62,763 nt of DNA, filler included, from Globobulimina sp. (GCA_003354225.1; 34 parts of 34 records of this genome joined end to end with filler, not necessarily neighbours in it), one strand, 5' to 3'; positions 34,247-47,939 are shown, numbered from the whole stretch's first letter. The notes: generated by a model not told the origin, from the letters alone. Numbers and translations are program-made.

Positions 34247-34451
34247 TATACATTGAAAATGATATACAATTTCACAAATTAAACAAACTGTTTCTCTTTT
34301 TTTGTTTGGCCAATCTATGTAGGCTGCGTCAGTTAGTTATTCTTGCGATGATCCTAAACCCGATAATATTCAAACACGCGCCACGGATAATATTCAAAAC
34401 TCTGATAATGGCCATGGTGGTGGTAACATACCAGCAACAAACACAAAATGG

Positions 34452-34763
34452 ATGACTTCCAATAATAAGAATAAAAAGAAAAAACATGAATGTTCTTACG
34501 AATTGTGTAAAAAATATTTTCCGACAAAATCCAAATTAACAGCACATATTCGAACACATACCGGAGAAAAGCCATATAAATGCACATTTGCAAAATGCAA
34601 TAAAACATTTTCCCAAAAAGGTAATCTCAAAACGCATTTAGGTACACATACTGGTGAAAAACCATTCAAATGTAAACTGTGCAATAAACAATTCCGACGA
34701 AAAGCCCATTTGGAAATGCATATGAAGTCAAAAGGTCATCTCGATCCTGTCAAATGTCAATGA
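34452..34763 (+). CDS. C2H2 zinc-finger protein (3 fingers)
   Basis: Cx2-4C...Hx3-5H fingers with HTGEKPY/F linkers. Confidence 0.92.
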   Translation: MTSNNKNKKKKHECSYELCKKYFPTKSKLTAHIRTHTGEKPYKCTFAKCNKTFSQKGNLKTHLGTHTGEKPFKCKLCNKQFRRKAHLEMHMKSKGHLDPVKCQ

Positions 34764-35144
34764 TACAGTCATTTCAATGAATTTTGTAATTGTTTTTTTT
34801 ATTATTGTTTTTGTAATTTGCCGAATGAATTTATATGCTTGTTTTTTTTTTATGAAAAATCAGATTAAGACAGAAAATTGTGGCTACAGGCTACACCTAT
34901 GCCCTCACGCCAGACTTTTCCGCACTTTTCCTCGACTTTTCCCAGACGTTTCCCATAATTTGATCCGAAATGAATCAAAATTAAACTATAATATATATTT
35001 TAATCTGTCTTAATATGACCAGCGTTTACGCTTTTTTATAAAAANNNNNNNNNNNNNNNNNNNNNNNNNNNNNNNNNNNNNNNNNNNNTTAATTAATTAA
35101 NNNNNNNNNNNNNNNNNNNNNNNNNNNNNNNNNNNNNNNNNNNN

Positions 35145-36870
35145 GTCATTTTTTTTTGTTAAAATAACATTATCCGTTCCAATCTCTTCTTCATTTAAAT
35201 TTTCCGTTTCTTCATCCAATGTATTACAGTTTGCTGCTTTACTGCTAATTATTTTATATGGCCTTTTCTTTTTATTCATTTCCACACTTTGCTTTCCCTC
35301 CGCTCCTTCCTCAGCATTTCTTCTTTTATTCATGCAAATCATTACACAAATCACAGCAAAAAAGACGCCGAGAAATGCACACACTGCGACTGCAATGATT
35401 GTCACTGTTTTTCTATTATTTTGCTTTGAAGAAATTGCGCCAAAACAGGTAATTTCCTTTGGATTTGGTGTCGGATTTGGTGTCGGATTTGCAGTCCATC
35501 CATTTGGACATCCTGTATCTTGATTGCATTCAACATAACATGTTCCTTTACAATACAAAGACATATCTTCACACGCTTGATATGCATCGCATAATATGGT
35601 ACATTCATCATTTTTATTACAAGTTATTGATGCACGATAACCAGAGCCATAACCAGTTAAATATACAGTAATATCTATTCCTGAGCTTGTAATATTTGCA
35701 CCATAGCATGAAATCCTACCACTGCAATAAATATGTGCTACGTTTGTTATTGTTGTCTGAGCACATGACGCATATCCATAACAATATACAGTCCCTCCAT
35801 TCCCAGCAATAGATCCTCTCCAACATGCATAAGAAGCAGAACATTCAACCATTAAATCATTACTATTCGATATTATCTCTGTATGGTCACATGACTGATA
35901 TCCACTGCATACAACCGACGCTCCATTGCTGTCATATGATATTAAAGAACCAGAACATGCCTCGAAAGCTCTGCAACATATTGGACCAACATTTGTTGTG
36001 TAATTAAGATCTTCTCCATCATAATATTTCTTATAATTATCAAATGTTTTATCAGTCATTTGTTTTGAACATTGGTCTTCGTTCGTTGTTGTTATTTGTG
36101 TTGAATTCCAAAATAAAATTTCTTTTGCATCCTGTTTCAATTTAAAACATATATTTATTTTCGTTTTAATTTCTAACAAATTAACATACCAATTCAATAT
36201 TTGTGTTTGGCGACAATGAATAATCCCCTTCATTAATAATATTAAATTGTGCATTGTCATCGCATATCAATGAGAGTCCACCGCATCCATTATAATAACA
36301 ATGTATATTACAAACACTCCCTGCTTTACAATTAATAGTGGCTTTATAACCTGCATAATATCCATACAAATATGCATTAAAAGTGCCATTTATAATATTT
36401 ATGGTTGTTGCAAATAATGATAATGCTCCTTTTGCAGATACTAGTAACTCATTATCAGATGAAATTGTTGAATGTGCGCATGATTTATCAGCATCGCAAA
36501 AAATTGACCGTATGATTGATATATTTGTATTCATTAATGAGTGTGCCCCATCTCCATAGATACTGTCTGCGTAAATGGGTCGCATATATCCACTATTTGA
36601 GCATGAAGATGTTCCAAAACACCAAAGACCATTTGTATAAATATATGGGGTTTCTTTGCATGATAATGCACCATAACAATAACGACCATATGTGATAGCT
36701 GATGTCGATTGGAATACACTCTTATAACCATATCCCCAGACCTCATCATCACTGTTACTTCCAATATCTATATCTCCCGCACATTCAGACGCATTGCAAC
36801 AATAAAACTCATCAAAGCAACCATAAGCATATCCAATAAAAGCAGATAAGAAAAAAAGAGAGATCGTGGT
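35145..36870 (-). CDS. Cys-rich type I surface membrane protein; intron 36132-36189
   Basis: Many C.G..SC repeats, a PTPNPTPNP stalk and a TM segment IIAVAVCAFLGVFFAVICVMI. A 58-bp gtatgt..aacag intron joins ORF 36181-36585 to the downstream ORF. Confidence 0.8.
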
Positions 36871-36994
36871 TTGGTTTCCTTTGGAACCTTTATNNNNNNN
36901 NNNNNNNNNNNNNNNNNNNNNNNNNNNNNNNNNNNNNTTAATTAATTAANNNNNNNNNNNNNNNNNNNNNNNNNNNNNNNNNNNNNNNNNNNNA

Positions 36995-38742
36995 AAGGAG
37001 CAAAAAGAAAATAAAAACGAAGAGTGGGAAGAGCCACCGGCGCCCAATGATGTGTACAAAGAGGTTATGACGTCGTTTCTGAGCAAAGCAGAAGAAGGGT
37101 CCAAGAAATTGTCGTTTGATTTCCGTGAGACTGTGGATAATTGTCATAGTTTGGCGGTGGGAATGGGCGAGAAGTTAACGGATAAATATACATTATGCGA
37201 TTTCTGGGACACTTTAAATAATGTCAAAGTGTATTGGTTGGAGGCGACGAGTGCATTGAAGAAGATCGAAGAGGTTAAGGCCAAGGCGAGAGCCAAAGCG
37301 GAGGCAAAGGCCAAGAAAAAAGCGGCCAAATCCAAAGTAAAGGATGCCTTAAAACGAAGGGCGTCCAAAGATGTGTTAAAAGAGCGCGGCATTTATAAAA
37401 CCCGCAAGGATGAGAAGAAAGAAAAGGAGAAAAAGCGGGAGATTGGACAGATGGCGTTGCAAAATTTAATTGATAAACAAATCAAAGCGGAACACAAATT
37501 GAATGGTGGTGGCGTACCGACAATGCGTATGACCCGCCATAAGTCGTTGTATTTGGCACAGACACGGTACAAATGCAGTCATTGCGATGTGATTATCCAA
37601 GATGTAGCAAATTTAAATAAGTCTGGCAATGAACAGGATAATATACATTGCCATCAATGTTATGCGACACCGTATGATAAAGAGATTAACAATTTAAGTT
37701 TGCAGTGGTTACCGTTAGGTGTAAGGAGCAGTAAATGTCAATTTAAACATAAAGGGCCATGTTTAATGGTATATACTTCCACAAAAAAACAGCAACAGCA
37801 ACAAACACTGCAGCAAAAAATGAATATGTTGTTACGGTCAAAGAATTTCCGCACTACGGATGATTTAAAGAATTCCTCATTGAGTAATTTGCGTGATATT
37901 AATTATGACGATATGTATCAATACGGTACAGGCTCCGAATTGATATCTACTTTGGACCAGAAACATGAGAAACGAGTGCTGGATAAAATGCTGGTGGACC
38001 TCAAAAACTTTAAGAAAGGCTTTGAAGATGAAAATTATACACCGAATTATACACTGAACACCGAAAATCATAACAACGGTGTGTCGTTTAAAGAAGATAA
38101 AATCCGCAGTATCAATTTCAAACAAAACAGCAAAAAAGAATCGGTCTTTATGGAGCCTGCAGAGAATGGAGCAAATGCAGCAAATCCGAAGACGATACAA
38201 CGCCATAAATTCCCGCAACGGAAAGGTGCCAGGAAATCGAGATTCGGCATGCATGATCGACCAAAGTTGCTCGAACGCAAAAAATCGACGTATAACGAGA
38301 ATGCATATGGCGAGACATTCAAACTAAGCGAAAAGCAAAGAGAATCAATTGAAGAATCTGGTATTTGGCCATTGATTCAAAAGGACATTGCCGAGTTTGG
38401 TGTGGTATCCTATGATAAGAAAACGCCATCATTGAAATTGGTGTTATCTGCGGCAATGACACGCGATGAAGTCGTGGCTATTATTGAGAGGCATTTCGGT
38501 TCCTTATCCATTTACGATTATAATGGAAATTCAAATTTATCCATTGAACAAACTAAAGACGGCAAAGAATTAGTTTTTCCTTTGACGGACATTCAATTAA
38601 AATTAGTGACCAATCCGCACCATTTGAAGATGCTAATGGATGACATGCAACATTTTGGCACCATTGGTGTGGATGAAGGCTTATTGAAATTGTCGATTCC
38701 CATGGATTTGCCCACCATTACACCCATACACAAATTGGAGAA
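36995..38742 (+). CDS. Formin-like protein fragment: FH2 C-terminal helices, RPEL-like motif, Zn-binding module and a C-terminal repeat region; partial at both ends
   Basis: DVYKEVMTSFLSKAEE...MGE...DFWDTL resembles the FH2 end; VKDALKRRASKDVLKERGIY; CSHC...HCHQCY. Confidence 0.6.
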
Positions 38743-38842
38743 NNNNNNNNNNNNNNNNNNNNNNNNNNNNNNNNNNNNNNNNNNNNTTAATTAATTAANN
38801 NNNNNNNNNNNNNNNNNNNNNNNNNNNNNNNNNNNNNNNNNN

Positions 38843-39296
38843 TCTTCATCAATGTGGACAATGTGGAGGTTAACAATTTTCTGCGTACGCTCCATTGTTT
38901 ATGATTGGTGAATGAGAGGGTATCGCCAATTGGTACATCTCGAAAATCAAATCGCCCGCTACATAGTAATTTTTTTGCTAATTCTAAGTCATTTATATAA
39001 ATAATATTTGAAGCTCCCATTGGAATTGTCATCACTTTGCCATATATTTTAGCATTGTCGCAAGTCAATTTATATCCATTGCCAATAAATGCAAAGAATT
39101 CACCGAAAAATGGTATCCAAAAATTAAATGGTCCTGGCGGATAATTATAATATTTGTAGTATTCTTTCCAAAATAATTTGCGAATTATCAACAACCCGCA
39201 TACAGCAAATGCAGCTTTTGCCAATTTTCTATTACAAAATGCAAATAAATGAAAAATACCATTGATTTTGAGTAGCGATGATTTGTTGACAAGCAT
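38843..39296 (-). CDS. Cytochrome P450 N-terminus, 3'-partial
   Basis: TM anchor, basic stretch, YPPGP...IPFFG hinge, IYGKVMTI.MG...IYIND.ELAK, W..RRK. Confidence 0.85.
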
Positions 39297-40691
39297 TCTA
39301 AAAAAAATTAGAGTTAAAGTCGCAAGAACCTCACCTTAACATACTAAATAAAATAATTAATTTGCAATATTATACAACAAACACATTAACCATGCATTGT
39401 TTAGGTAGCAATTCCATTTTGTGGGATTTTTAATTATTTTAGTTGTGAGTGAGATGGTTTCCCATAATTGTGAGTATATATACTAATAACCATAAGAGAA
39501 GAAAGACATGAAAAAATATATTCCCACAACCTAAAAAGTTATGTGTATTAAATAAAATATGAAAAAAAAAATGAGTAAAAACAAACAAAAAGAAAACAAC
39601 CAACTGATATCATATGGAAGCAAATGATTAATAACATGATAAATATGCAATCAACAAACTGTCAAAACATAAAGAAACATGATTTCTTTTTTTTTGTTAC
39701 TGTTTTCTTTTATATGTAATGTTCAAAAAACAAATTGTGATAAATATACGAAAAAAAAAAGAAAAAAAATAACAAACAATAACAATTAATATTTTTGACA
39801 TTGACATTGATTTTTGATATATAAACTCACTCAAAAAATTACAATAAACGGAAAAAATACAGTGTGTATAATAAGATGCAGTCTCTTTAATTTTTGTTAT
39901 TTTTTTTATTATTTTAAATAAATGGTTGTTTTATTGATGTTGTTTTATGATAATTTTGTGTGATTTGTGCACTGCTGTTTGTGTGATATTATTTTTGATT
40001 GCTTTCTTTTATTATCATTTGTAATTTAAATATGATTCATTACATTCTATTCATTGATATTTATCCTCCATTAAATAATAAAGGTTTTGAGCGATAAATA
40101 CAAACAAATAACAACATATTAAAAACGAACAAAATGAAAAAAGAAATGTGTAAACAAGCAGCGATCACACAGCAAAGTTATAACTTAGAAATAACGGATA
40201 ATACGCACAATTTACGCAATATTTAACTTCAAAACAATATAACAAAAAAAACAGAGAAACAGAGGGCAAAAAAGGATAAAACGAATCGAAAGTACATGTT
40301 TTTGATTTTATAGAGAGTCAATTACATAATTTGTCACAAAAATAACTTATTTTCTTTGTTCATTCTCATTAGTTATTATAGGCGGTAACGCAGATAAAAT
40401 ATTATTAGATATCACCGAATTGTTAGACATAACGGTGTCATTATCATCATCCTTCTTTTTTGTTGCATTCGTGTTCGAAATGGATAATACATTGTAATTA
40501 TTGGGCGTATATGCTGCATTATACGCGTATCCATACGAATTATATGCATTGTTATTGAAGTTTGGCAACAACGGAATAGCGACATTGTTATNNNNNNNNN
40601 NNNNNNNNNNNNNNNNNNNNNNNNNNNNNNNNNNNTTAATTAATTAANNNNNNNNNNNNNNNNNNNNNNNNNNNNNNNNNNNNNNNNNNNN

Positions 40692-42296
40692 TCCCTCGCG
40701 AGATCTAGAATGGAATACGGATTAACAAACTATTACCCGTACGACACAAAGAATGTATTGAATAAACTCCAAAACAAATTCCTCCGATTAGCCATACCGT
40801 GTCGCCTAGACTCACCAATGGATATTAGCCGCTTCCTTCTAAAAATAGAACCAATCCATGAACGAGCCCACTACCTAACACTACGCCAATTAGCCAGAAC
40901 GTACTATAACGACTCATACCATCCACTAAATAGAACCTACCAATCATTAACGAAATATATAAACATAATCAAAAACCATAAATACCGCAGAAATAACAGA
41001 AAAAATAACAATAATAAATTCATCAATCTACAGAAAAACCCATTAATAATAGCAACCAACTTCTGCCAAAATGACCATTCCATCAAAGCCCTATCAACGA
41101 ATTTCAACCAAATGAGGAAATCACAAATAACAGCATCCCCAACGTACAACCTCGCCTTCATCCCAACTAATTTTAATGTAACCACACAAACAGAAAACCC
41201 ATCAAAACCCCAAAATGATAAAATAATAATTGCATTTACGGACGGATCCTGCGACCCAAACCCTGGAAGAGGCGGAGCAGCAATATTCATTCCAGAACAA
41301 CCAGCCCACCCAAATTGCCACAAAGAAGTGTATTACTTCAAGATCCCGGTAACGATAACGACGGTGGAGACAGAAGCAGTACATATGCTGCTAAACTACA
41401 TAATAAATAACTCAATAAATGTAGCAATTAATTACAAAATATACGTAGATAACTTACCATTATTACAATTCATCGAAGGTGTCAACTTTCCAAAATACAA
41501 TGACACCAAACTATTAATTGAAAATATCTTCATTAAACTTCAACAGATACACCAAATTAAACCAAATACATACATATCATTCATAAAAATCAAATCGCAT
41601 AATAACAACATATTTAATGACAAAGTCGACGAATTAGCGAATTTTGCAGCTAAACATGCAAAATATAATCCAATTCTGTTCAACGAAATTACTTTTAATA
41701 CCACAGTCACGCAACTACATAAACAAATAAATCATAGATGGAGCCAATTATGGCGCCAAAGGAACACACAAAGACACCAAGACAGCTACCAAATGTTCGC
41801 TAATAACCCATTAATGCATAATAAACTATATAAAATGATAAAACAGATCAACAGAGATGAAGCGGCAATAATGATCCGTCTCATCTCTGGCCATATTGAG
41901 CTGAACCAATTTTTAAATAAACATAATTTCAAAGACACGGACAGAAACGTAATAGAATCACCAAATTGCGCCCAGTGCCATTGTAACAAAATTGAATCAA
42001 TAAACCACTTTATTCTCAAATGTACTGCCTATACACGGCAACGGAAGAGGATGATCGAAGCGCTATGCAAATCATGGAAAGGATTTAAACATAGTAACTG
42101 GATAAAGATAGAGAACCTATTCTATCCATATAACATCCGACTTCCTCCAGACATTGAGACTGAACTAGAACTTGAAGTACAAATAAATATATGGAAAAAC
42201 ATTCTTCAATTCGTCAAAGAAACGAAAAGATTTAATTACCTGTACCAGGTGGACCTAGACAATATATGTCCGATCATTCCAGATCAAGGAATATAG
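40692..42296 (+). mobile_element. Non-LTR retrotransposon ORF2 3' end with RNase H and a CCHC finger
   Basis: RNase H AFTDGS..PNPGRGGAA, ETEAV, YVDN, KIKSH...NDKVDELA. RLISGH..LN.FL, then CAQC...ESINHFILKC. A-rich sense strand; reading frame intact. Confidence 0.9.
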
Positions 42297-42539
42297 TGTA
42301 CATTTGATACACTTATTTCCTAAATATATCATATTTTACCTTTGTTCATTGGTTTCAATCACCAAATAAAAGGACTTGTATCCTTGTTTGTGCATACTAT
42401 TTATTTAGTGTTCCTTCTTGTGTATGGGTGAAATCTTTANNNNNNNNNNNNNNNNNNNNNNNNNNNNNNNNNNNNNNNNNNNNTTAATTAATTAANNNNN
42501 NNNNNNNNNNNNNNNNNNNNNNNNNNNNNNNNNNNNNNN

Positions 42540-43559
42540 TATACGTCGCTTAACATATAAATGATAAATTAACTCTTTGTGGAAAAATATAGTACCCAGC
42601 GATGTTATCAATCCATCACAATTTGCTGTATTGCCATGTTGATAATTGTAATAAGAAAGTTCAACAACAAAATATATCCATCCATTTCTCTCAATATTAT
42701 AAGCATAACGTTGGTATCCGCCCAATCGAAAACTTAAATTGTTATTTGGATTATTGTGAATATCGCAGATTTGTAACACGCATTCTGTCGTAACTTTATA
42801 GCTCAGAGTTGATGGAGTATTAATACGTAATAAATTAAACCAACTAAACACATTATCGATATTATGGCTATGAGTTCCATTCAATGCTAATTCAGCAATA
42901 ACTTGCTTAGGAATGCTTTCTATTTCATCATGATCCCATAACACAGTCTCATCCCACAATTTCAATGCCGAAATGTTAACATTTTGAAGGATTGTTTTGT
43001 ATAAAATTGAATTTGAAATTATTACAAATGGCTCTCTATTAATACTATTCATCTCAACCGGACAGTAATGATAAACTAAACATGTTGACGTCATACGTAA
43101 TGCCGCAGGGATTGTGTGCCAATGTGTACGGATATGTATCCCCAACATTTTTACCAATGTTCCTCGTCTTAGTGAGTCGATTTGTATTTGATTTATTGAC
43201 CGCAGCATTGATGGCAATTCTTTATGAAAGAGACGACGGAAATTCATATCATGTTCATGCGTGTTTAGTATTTCTTGTATTTGTGAACCTTCTCGTGATA
43301 CATTATAGTTTCTGTCATTTAAAATGGCAGTGATAGTATTATTGAAAATGGATTTAATTATTGTAATACTTTCATCGTAATAATCAGTCACCGATTTATA
43401 ATGGTTTTGATTTACAGATCGGAGAACATAAAGACGGTCAGGAACTACGTGCGGAGCAATGTTTCTTTGTATTAAATCTGGTGGTAAATCTGTATAATTT
43501 GCAGCATTTACTACATTCCAAATAATAGCGATAAAGCAGAATACGAAAATCTTGATCAT
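42540..43559 (-). CDS. Signal-peptide protein with an F-box-like motif, 3'-partial
   Basis: MIKIFVFCFIAIIWNVVNA followed by YTDLPPDLIQRNIAPHV...LYVLRSVNQ. Confidence 0.55.
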
Positions 43560-43989
43560 GAATAATAAATAAATGTAATTTGCTGATCAGTAATTTGTGT
43601 TAATGTCGAATTTGCGAGAAATGAAAGAATTAAAGTTCGGACATACAGTGCGTTTTCACGTCAAATTTCAAGCAAAAATGCATATCACGCAGCTGCCACA
43701 TACTGATGATTCATTTTACACTAAGATTAATTAAAAACTGTTTTTAATTTAATTAAGCTGTTTGTAAAAACTGGTCACAAAATCCTACCGTTTCTGTTGA
43801 AAGAGCCATATGGCAGTTTTCATAAATAAACACTCAACAGATTCAGAACGTTTTTCTGGACATTAAAATACAAAAACAGAAAAAACAAATATGTAATTCA
43901 GATACACACCATGCTACCTATTAAAACCATAATATTCATAAATGAAACAAACAAAACAAAAAAAAAATATATACAATATTTAGTATTAT

Positions 43990-44287
43990 TTACAATTTAG
44001 TTGATGCAGATGTACTCAAACTGAACACATTTGCGACAAACTGTTCTGGAAATTGCACTAATTCCTTCATTAATTTGTCATCCATTTTGTCGTCTTCCTC
44101 CTCAATTTTGGTTTCTTCATTTATATTTTGCAATGAATGAACTTCAATCTCCATTGCTTTTTCTTCGAATTCTGTATACGTGGTTGTCATATTACGGTCA
44201 ATAATTTCATCATCGCTTAAAATATAATCATCGTCAATCATAAATGTAGTCATTTCCGAATCAATCATCTCATCATTGTCTGCCATC
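43990..44287 (-). CDS. Acidic C-terminal fragment of an unknown protein
   Basis: D/E-rich ORF running from the contig edge. Confidence 0.4.
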
Positions 44288-44387
44288 NNNNNNNNNNNNN
44301 NNNNNNNNNNNNNNNNNNNNNNNNNNNNNNNTTAATTAATTAANNNNNNNNNNNNNNNNNNNNNNNNNNNNNNNNNNNNNNNNNNNN

Positions 44388-44497
44388 ACAGTACACAGTA
44401 CAGTACACAGTACAGTACACAGTACAGTACACAGTACAGTACACAGTACAGTACACAGTACAGTACACAGTACAGTACACAGTACACAGTACAGTAC
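44388..44497. repeat. 12-bp tandem repeat (CAGTACAGTACA)n
   Basis: Near-perfect array at the contig start. Confidence 0.95.
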
Positions 44498-45146
44498 AAA
44501 ACGGAGACACGAAAATTTTCTCGAAAAACCTTCGCGAACATTGAATTACGTAACAAAATAATTTTTTCCATTAATTAATTTTCATTATTTGTCCAAAATA
44601 ATTGTTCAACCATGTAATCGAATCGAATTAGCCCAATAAAAGTGGCATGCGACTTTAATTTCTTATTTCAACCCCAAAAAACAATCAAAACTGGAACAAA
44701 ATAATTTGGAATCAAGGCTAAAACGGCTTTAAATCGTAAAAATCTCAGTTTGTCCTTGTTTATTTATACGCGCGACAAAACTCTATTGGCGCGTGAAAGT
44801 GCGTGGGCGTAACCATTTAAAATACTCCCCTACTATCAGCAAAAGAGGTTTGAATCGAAATAAGTAAAAAGCACTTGACAACAAGGTCCTGAAGCGAAGT
44901 TAAATCAAGAAAACAGTAACTTGAGGGGTTAATAGAGTTAATAAAATGACAAATTAAATGACTCGAAATAGAGAAAAAACTTTTTGATGACAAGTTTAAA
45001 GTGATTGTTTAAAGTTTAAAGTGATTGTTATTCAAGCGAGTCTAATATTTGAATTAATTAGGCGTACTTTAAGAACAAATATAAAAAGTAAATATTTTGA
45101 ATAAAATAAAGGTACAATGGTATGCTGCAGCCATAAAGTGCCACAC

Positions 45147-45710
45147 ACACAGTACAATACAGTAAAGCTATACAGTACAATGCAGTGCTATACAGTACTA
45201 TACAGTACAGCTATATAGTGCAATGCAGCACAGCTATACAATTCAATACAGTACAATACAGTACAGCCATACAGTACAAATAAGTATCATACAGTGCAGT
45301 TATGCAATACAATACAGTACTACTGTATACAGTACAGCTATACCGTACAATGCAGTCCAGCTATACAGTACAAATAAGTATCATACAGTACAGTTATGCA
45401 ATACAATACAGTACTACTGTATACAGTACAGCTAGAGCTATACAGTACAATGCAGTACAGCCATACAGTGCAATGCAGCACAGCTATACAATTCATTACA
45501 GTACAATACAGTACAGCCATACAGTACAAATAAGTATCATACAGTACAGATATGCAATACAATACAGTACTACTGTATACAGTACAGCTATACCGTACAA
45601 TGCAGTCCAGCTATACAGTACAGCTAGAGCTATACAGTACAATGCAGTACTATACAGTACTATACAGTACAGCTATATAGTGCAATGCAGCACAGCTATA
45701 CAATTCAATA
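45147..45710. repeat. Compound minisatellite built on TACAG/CAGTA units with higher-order duplications
   Basis: An ~80-bp block at ~45167-45248 recurs at ~45628-45710. The block tacagtacaaataagtatcatacagt occurs three times. Confidence 0.9.
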
Positions 45711-45825
45711 TCGAATTCACTATGATGGTGAAACAAAAAACTCCAAGGATGAATCACACTGGAACGTTTCCTACTACGAGGTTATCAGGGTCTGGGAGTC
45801 CAAATAAATCGTTAATTTTTTTCTA

Positions 45826-46035
45826 GAATGACCGGAAGTGACCTAATTAGCATAACATCACTAATTAATCTCTAATAACTGAGTAAATAGTAGACTGATC
45901 ATAATGAAACTTCTCTTGTACTAAGCATTAACAATGTGCTCAAAAACTGAGCTATTTCTGGTCATGTGACCAAAGATCGATATTTCCAAGATGAGCAATT
46001 TCCGGTCACATGACCAAAAAATCGATATTTTCAAT
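45826..46035. repeat. Subterminal-type motif cluster of a probable non-autonomous DNA transposon
   Basis: gaccggaa and ttccggtc are inverted. ggtcatgtgaccaaagatcgatattt and ggtcacatgaccaaaaaatcgatattt are direct repeats. Confidence 0.4.
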
Positions 46036-46235
46036 TTTCGATCGGTAAACATAGGCATCAAGGTGCATAAATTAATTATTCAAAAATATTGAAAGTGAAT
46101 ACAAGCAACGAAAATTGTTGTTGGTTGCTGAAATANNNNNNNNNNNNNNNNNNNNNNNNNNNNNNNNNNNNNNNNNNNNTTAATTAATTAANNNNNNNNN
46201 NNNNNNNNNNNNNNNNNNNNNNNNNNNNNNNNNNN

Positions 46236-47939
46236 GTGAATGCTAGTGCTATGTATGCTGCTTTGTTCACATTGGTATTGGTATTGGTAATGATGAATTG
46301 TATTTTGTTTAACATAATTTTGTGTTTGTGTCGTACTTTGATTTTTTCTTTTATTTCTAAACCATTCATATATGACATTTGATTCAATAAAGTCACTGAT
46401 TTTTACACAAAGAGGAGATATTGCGCCCCAGGTACATATCACAAAGAAAATACATACCAAATCGCACAAAATACCGTGCTCTTTGCACTGATGCATAATA
46501 TTGCGAAGTATTATGGAATGCACAAATTCTCCGTATAATAAATATCCACAAATGCCAATAAAAGCATACATGACAAACAATAATAGAAAGGAGCGACGTA
46601 GAATGTTGCTGGGAAATTGCGGTTGTTTTAGCGTAGTTTGAATGAATGGTAGTTTTGAATACGAATTGCCAGTGAAGCAAAAGAGGAAGATGCAGATACT
46701 AATGCTAAACGACGAGAAATTGGTATAAATATATGAGTCAATGGGATGTTCTAAATCATAATGCGCCAATTCTTGATGGCATATAATATGTAAAATAATA
46801 AAAAACATTAAAGTGAATGTCATAATAATTGTTGCTATCAATGTCATGTAAGATAGACAATACATATTCGATACACTGAAAAATAAGATTGATGGCACAA
46901 TCGTAATGATACTAAATGAGACCACCAACAAGTCATTTTTTTCCGATATGTAAGATAATGACCATATATTTGAAAATAAATAATAGATATTGTTCCATAA
47001 AAATATGATATAAACGCATGCAATTCCGACACATTCGCATACCGATAATATTAATATTAAATAATAGGTGCATGAGCCGGATATTATCCATCCTAACTGA
47101 GGATAGGATGGGTAATTGAATGAGTCCGTATGTCCCCAAAAACATTTGACATAAATACGACAACAATGATGTGATATTAATGCAACAATCATGAATGCCA
47201 CAATTGAAAGCCATCCGCCATGGGCAATGGCATATGGCTGAGACAGGAAAGCTAAACCAGAAAACGAATGAACAATGTACATTATCGCGAATATATTTGG
47301 ACATTTTGGAGAGGTCTGCTTTTTTTCCAAATGGAATCCAGAATAATAATTATTAATATTATTCTTGTGGTGGTTGTTTGGTGAGGAAAGAAAGAGTGAA
47401 TGACTTTGAATCGATGACATTCTGTCCAGTACATTTGAATATAAATGATTTATATTATTATTTTTCATATTAATATTACTAAAATATGGCGTTTGAGGTT
47501 GATATGGATAGTGATACGGTTGATGGTTTTTGTTATTTGTATTATATTTTAGATAATCTGTATGCGATGATAATGGTGATTTTGAATATGATGAGGATGA
47601 AGATGAAGAAACAGCAGATTGTTGGGGTTGAGGCTGAGGAGTCATTGCAAATTTTATGTTAGACATTGACGTTGTGAATGATTCTCTTCTTTTATGTCTA
47701 TTTGGATTAAAAGACGCATATCGATATCCTTGCAAATGTGGTGATGTTGGGTGAGAATGTAATAAGAAATCATCGTTTAATGATGGTGGAGTCCGAGCAT
47801 GCGGTGTGTTGTAGTCCGCCCCCGGCAATGGTGGTGTATGGAATATGCCAAGACTACCATATATATGTTGGATTGAACTATTATTTAATAATGCTGAATC
47901 TGACAACGACGTTTCCCCCTCGGTTATCATGCTCGACAA
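46236..47939 (-). CDS. Amino-acid transporter (Aa_trans; AVT1/VGAT-like), 3'-partial
   Basis: Long disordered N-terminus, then GLAFLSQPYAIAHGGW, SYPQLG, IFLFCFTG...P.I...LKQP.F, GICGYLLYG. Confidence 0.88.

Noticed and set aside
36181..36260. Programmed frameshift between the two Cys-rich ORFs
   Set aside because: A canonical 58-bp GT-AG intron (36132-36189) joins them in frame.
39300..40340. Long ORF-free stretch as an ncRNA
   Set aside because: A/T homopolymer-rich intergenic or UTR sequence with no visible structure. No rRNA, tRNA or CRISPR array was recognised anywhere in the window.
43724..43757. AT-only palindrome as a terminator or element end
   Set aside because: Low complexity; expected by chance in such AT-rich DNA.
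44388..45826. ORFs with YCVL or YSTIQYS repeats as real proteins
   Set aside because: They are translations of the CAGTA satellite, open on both strands.
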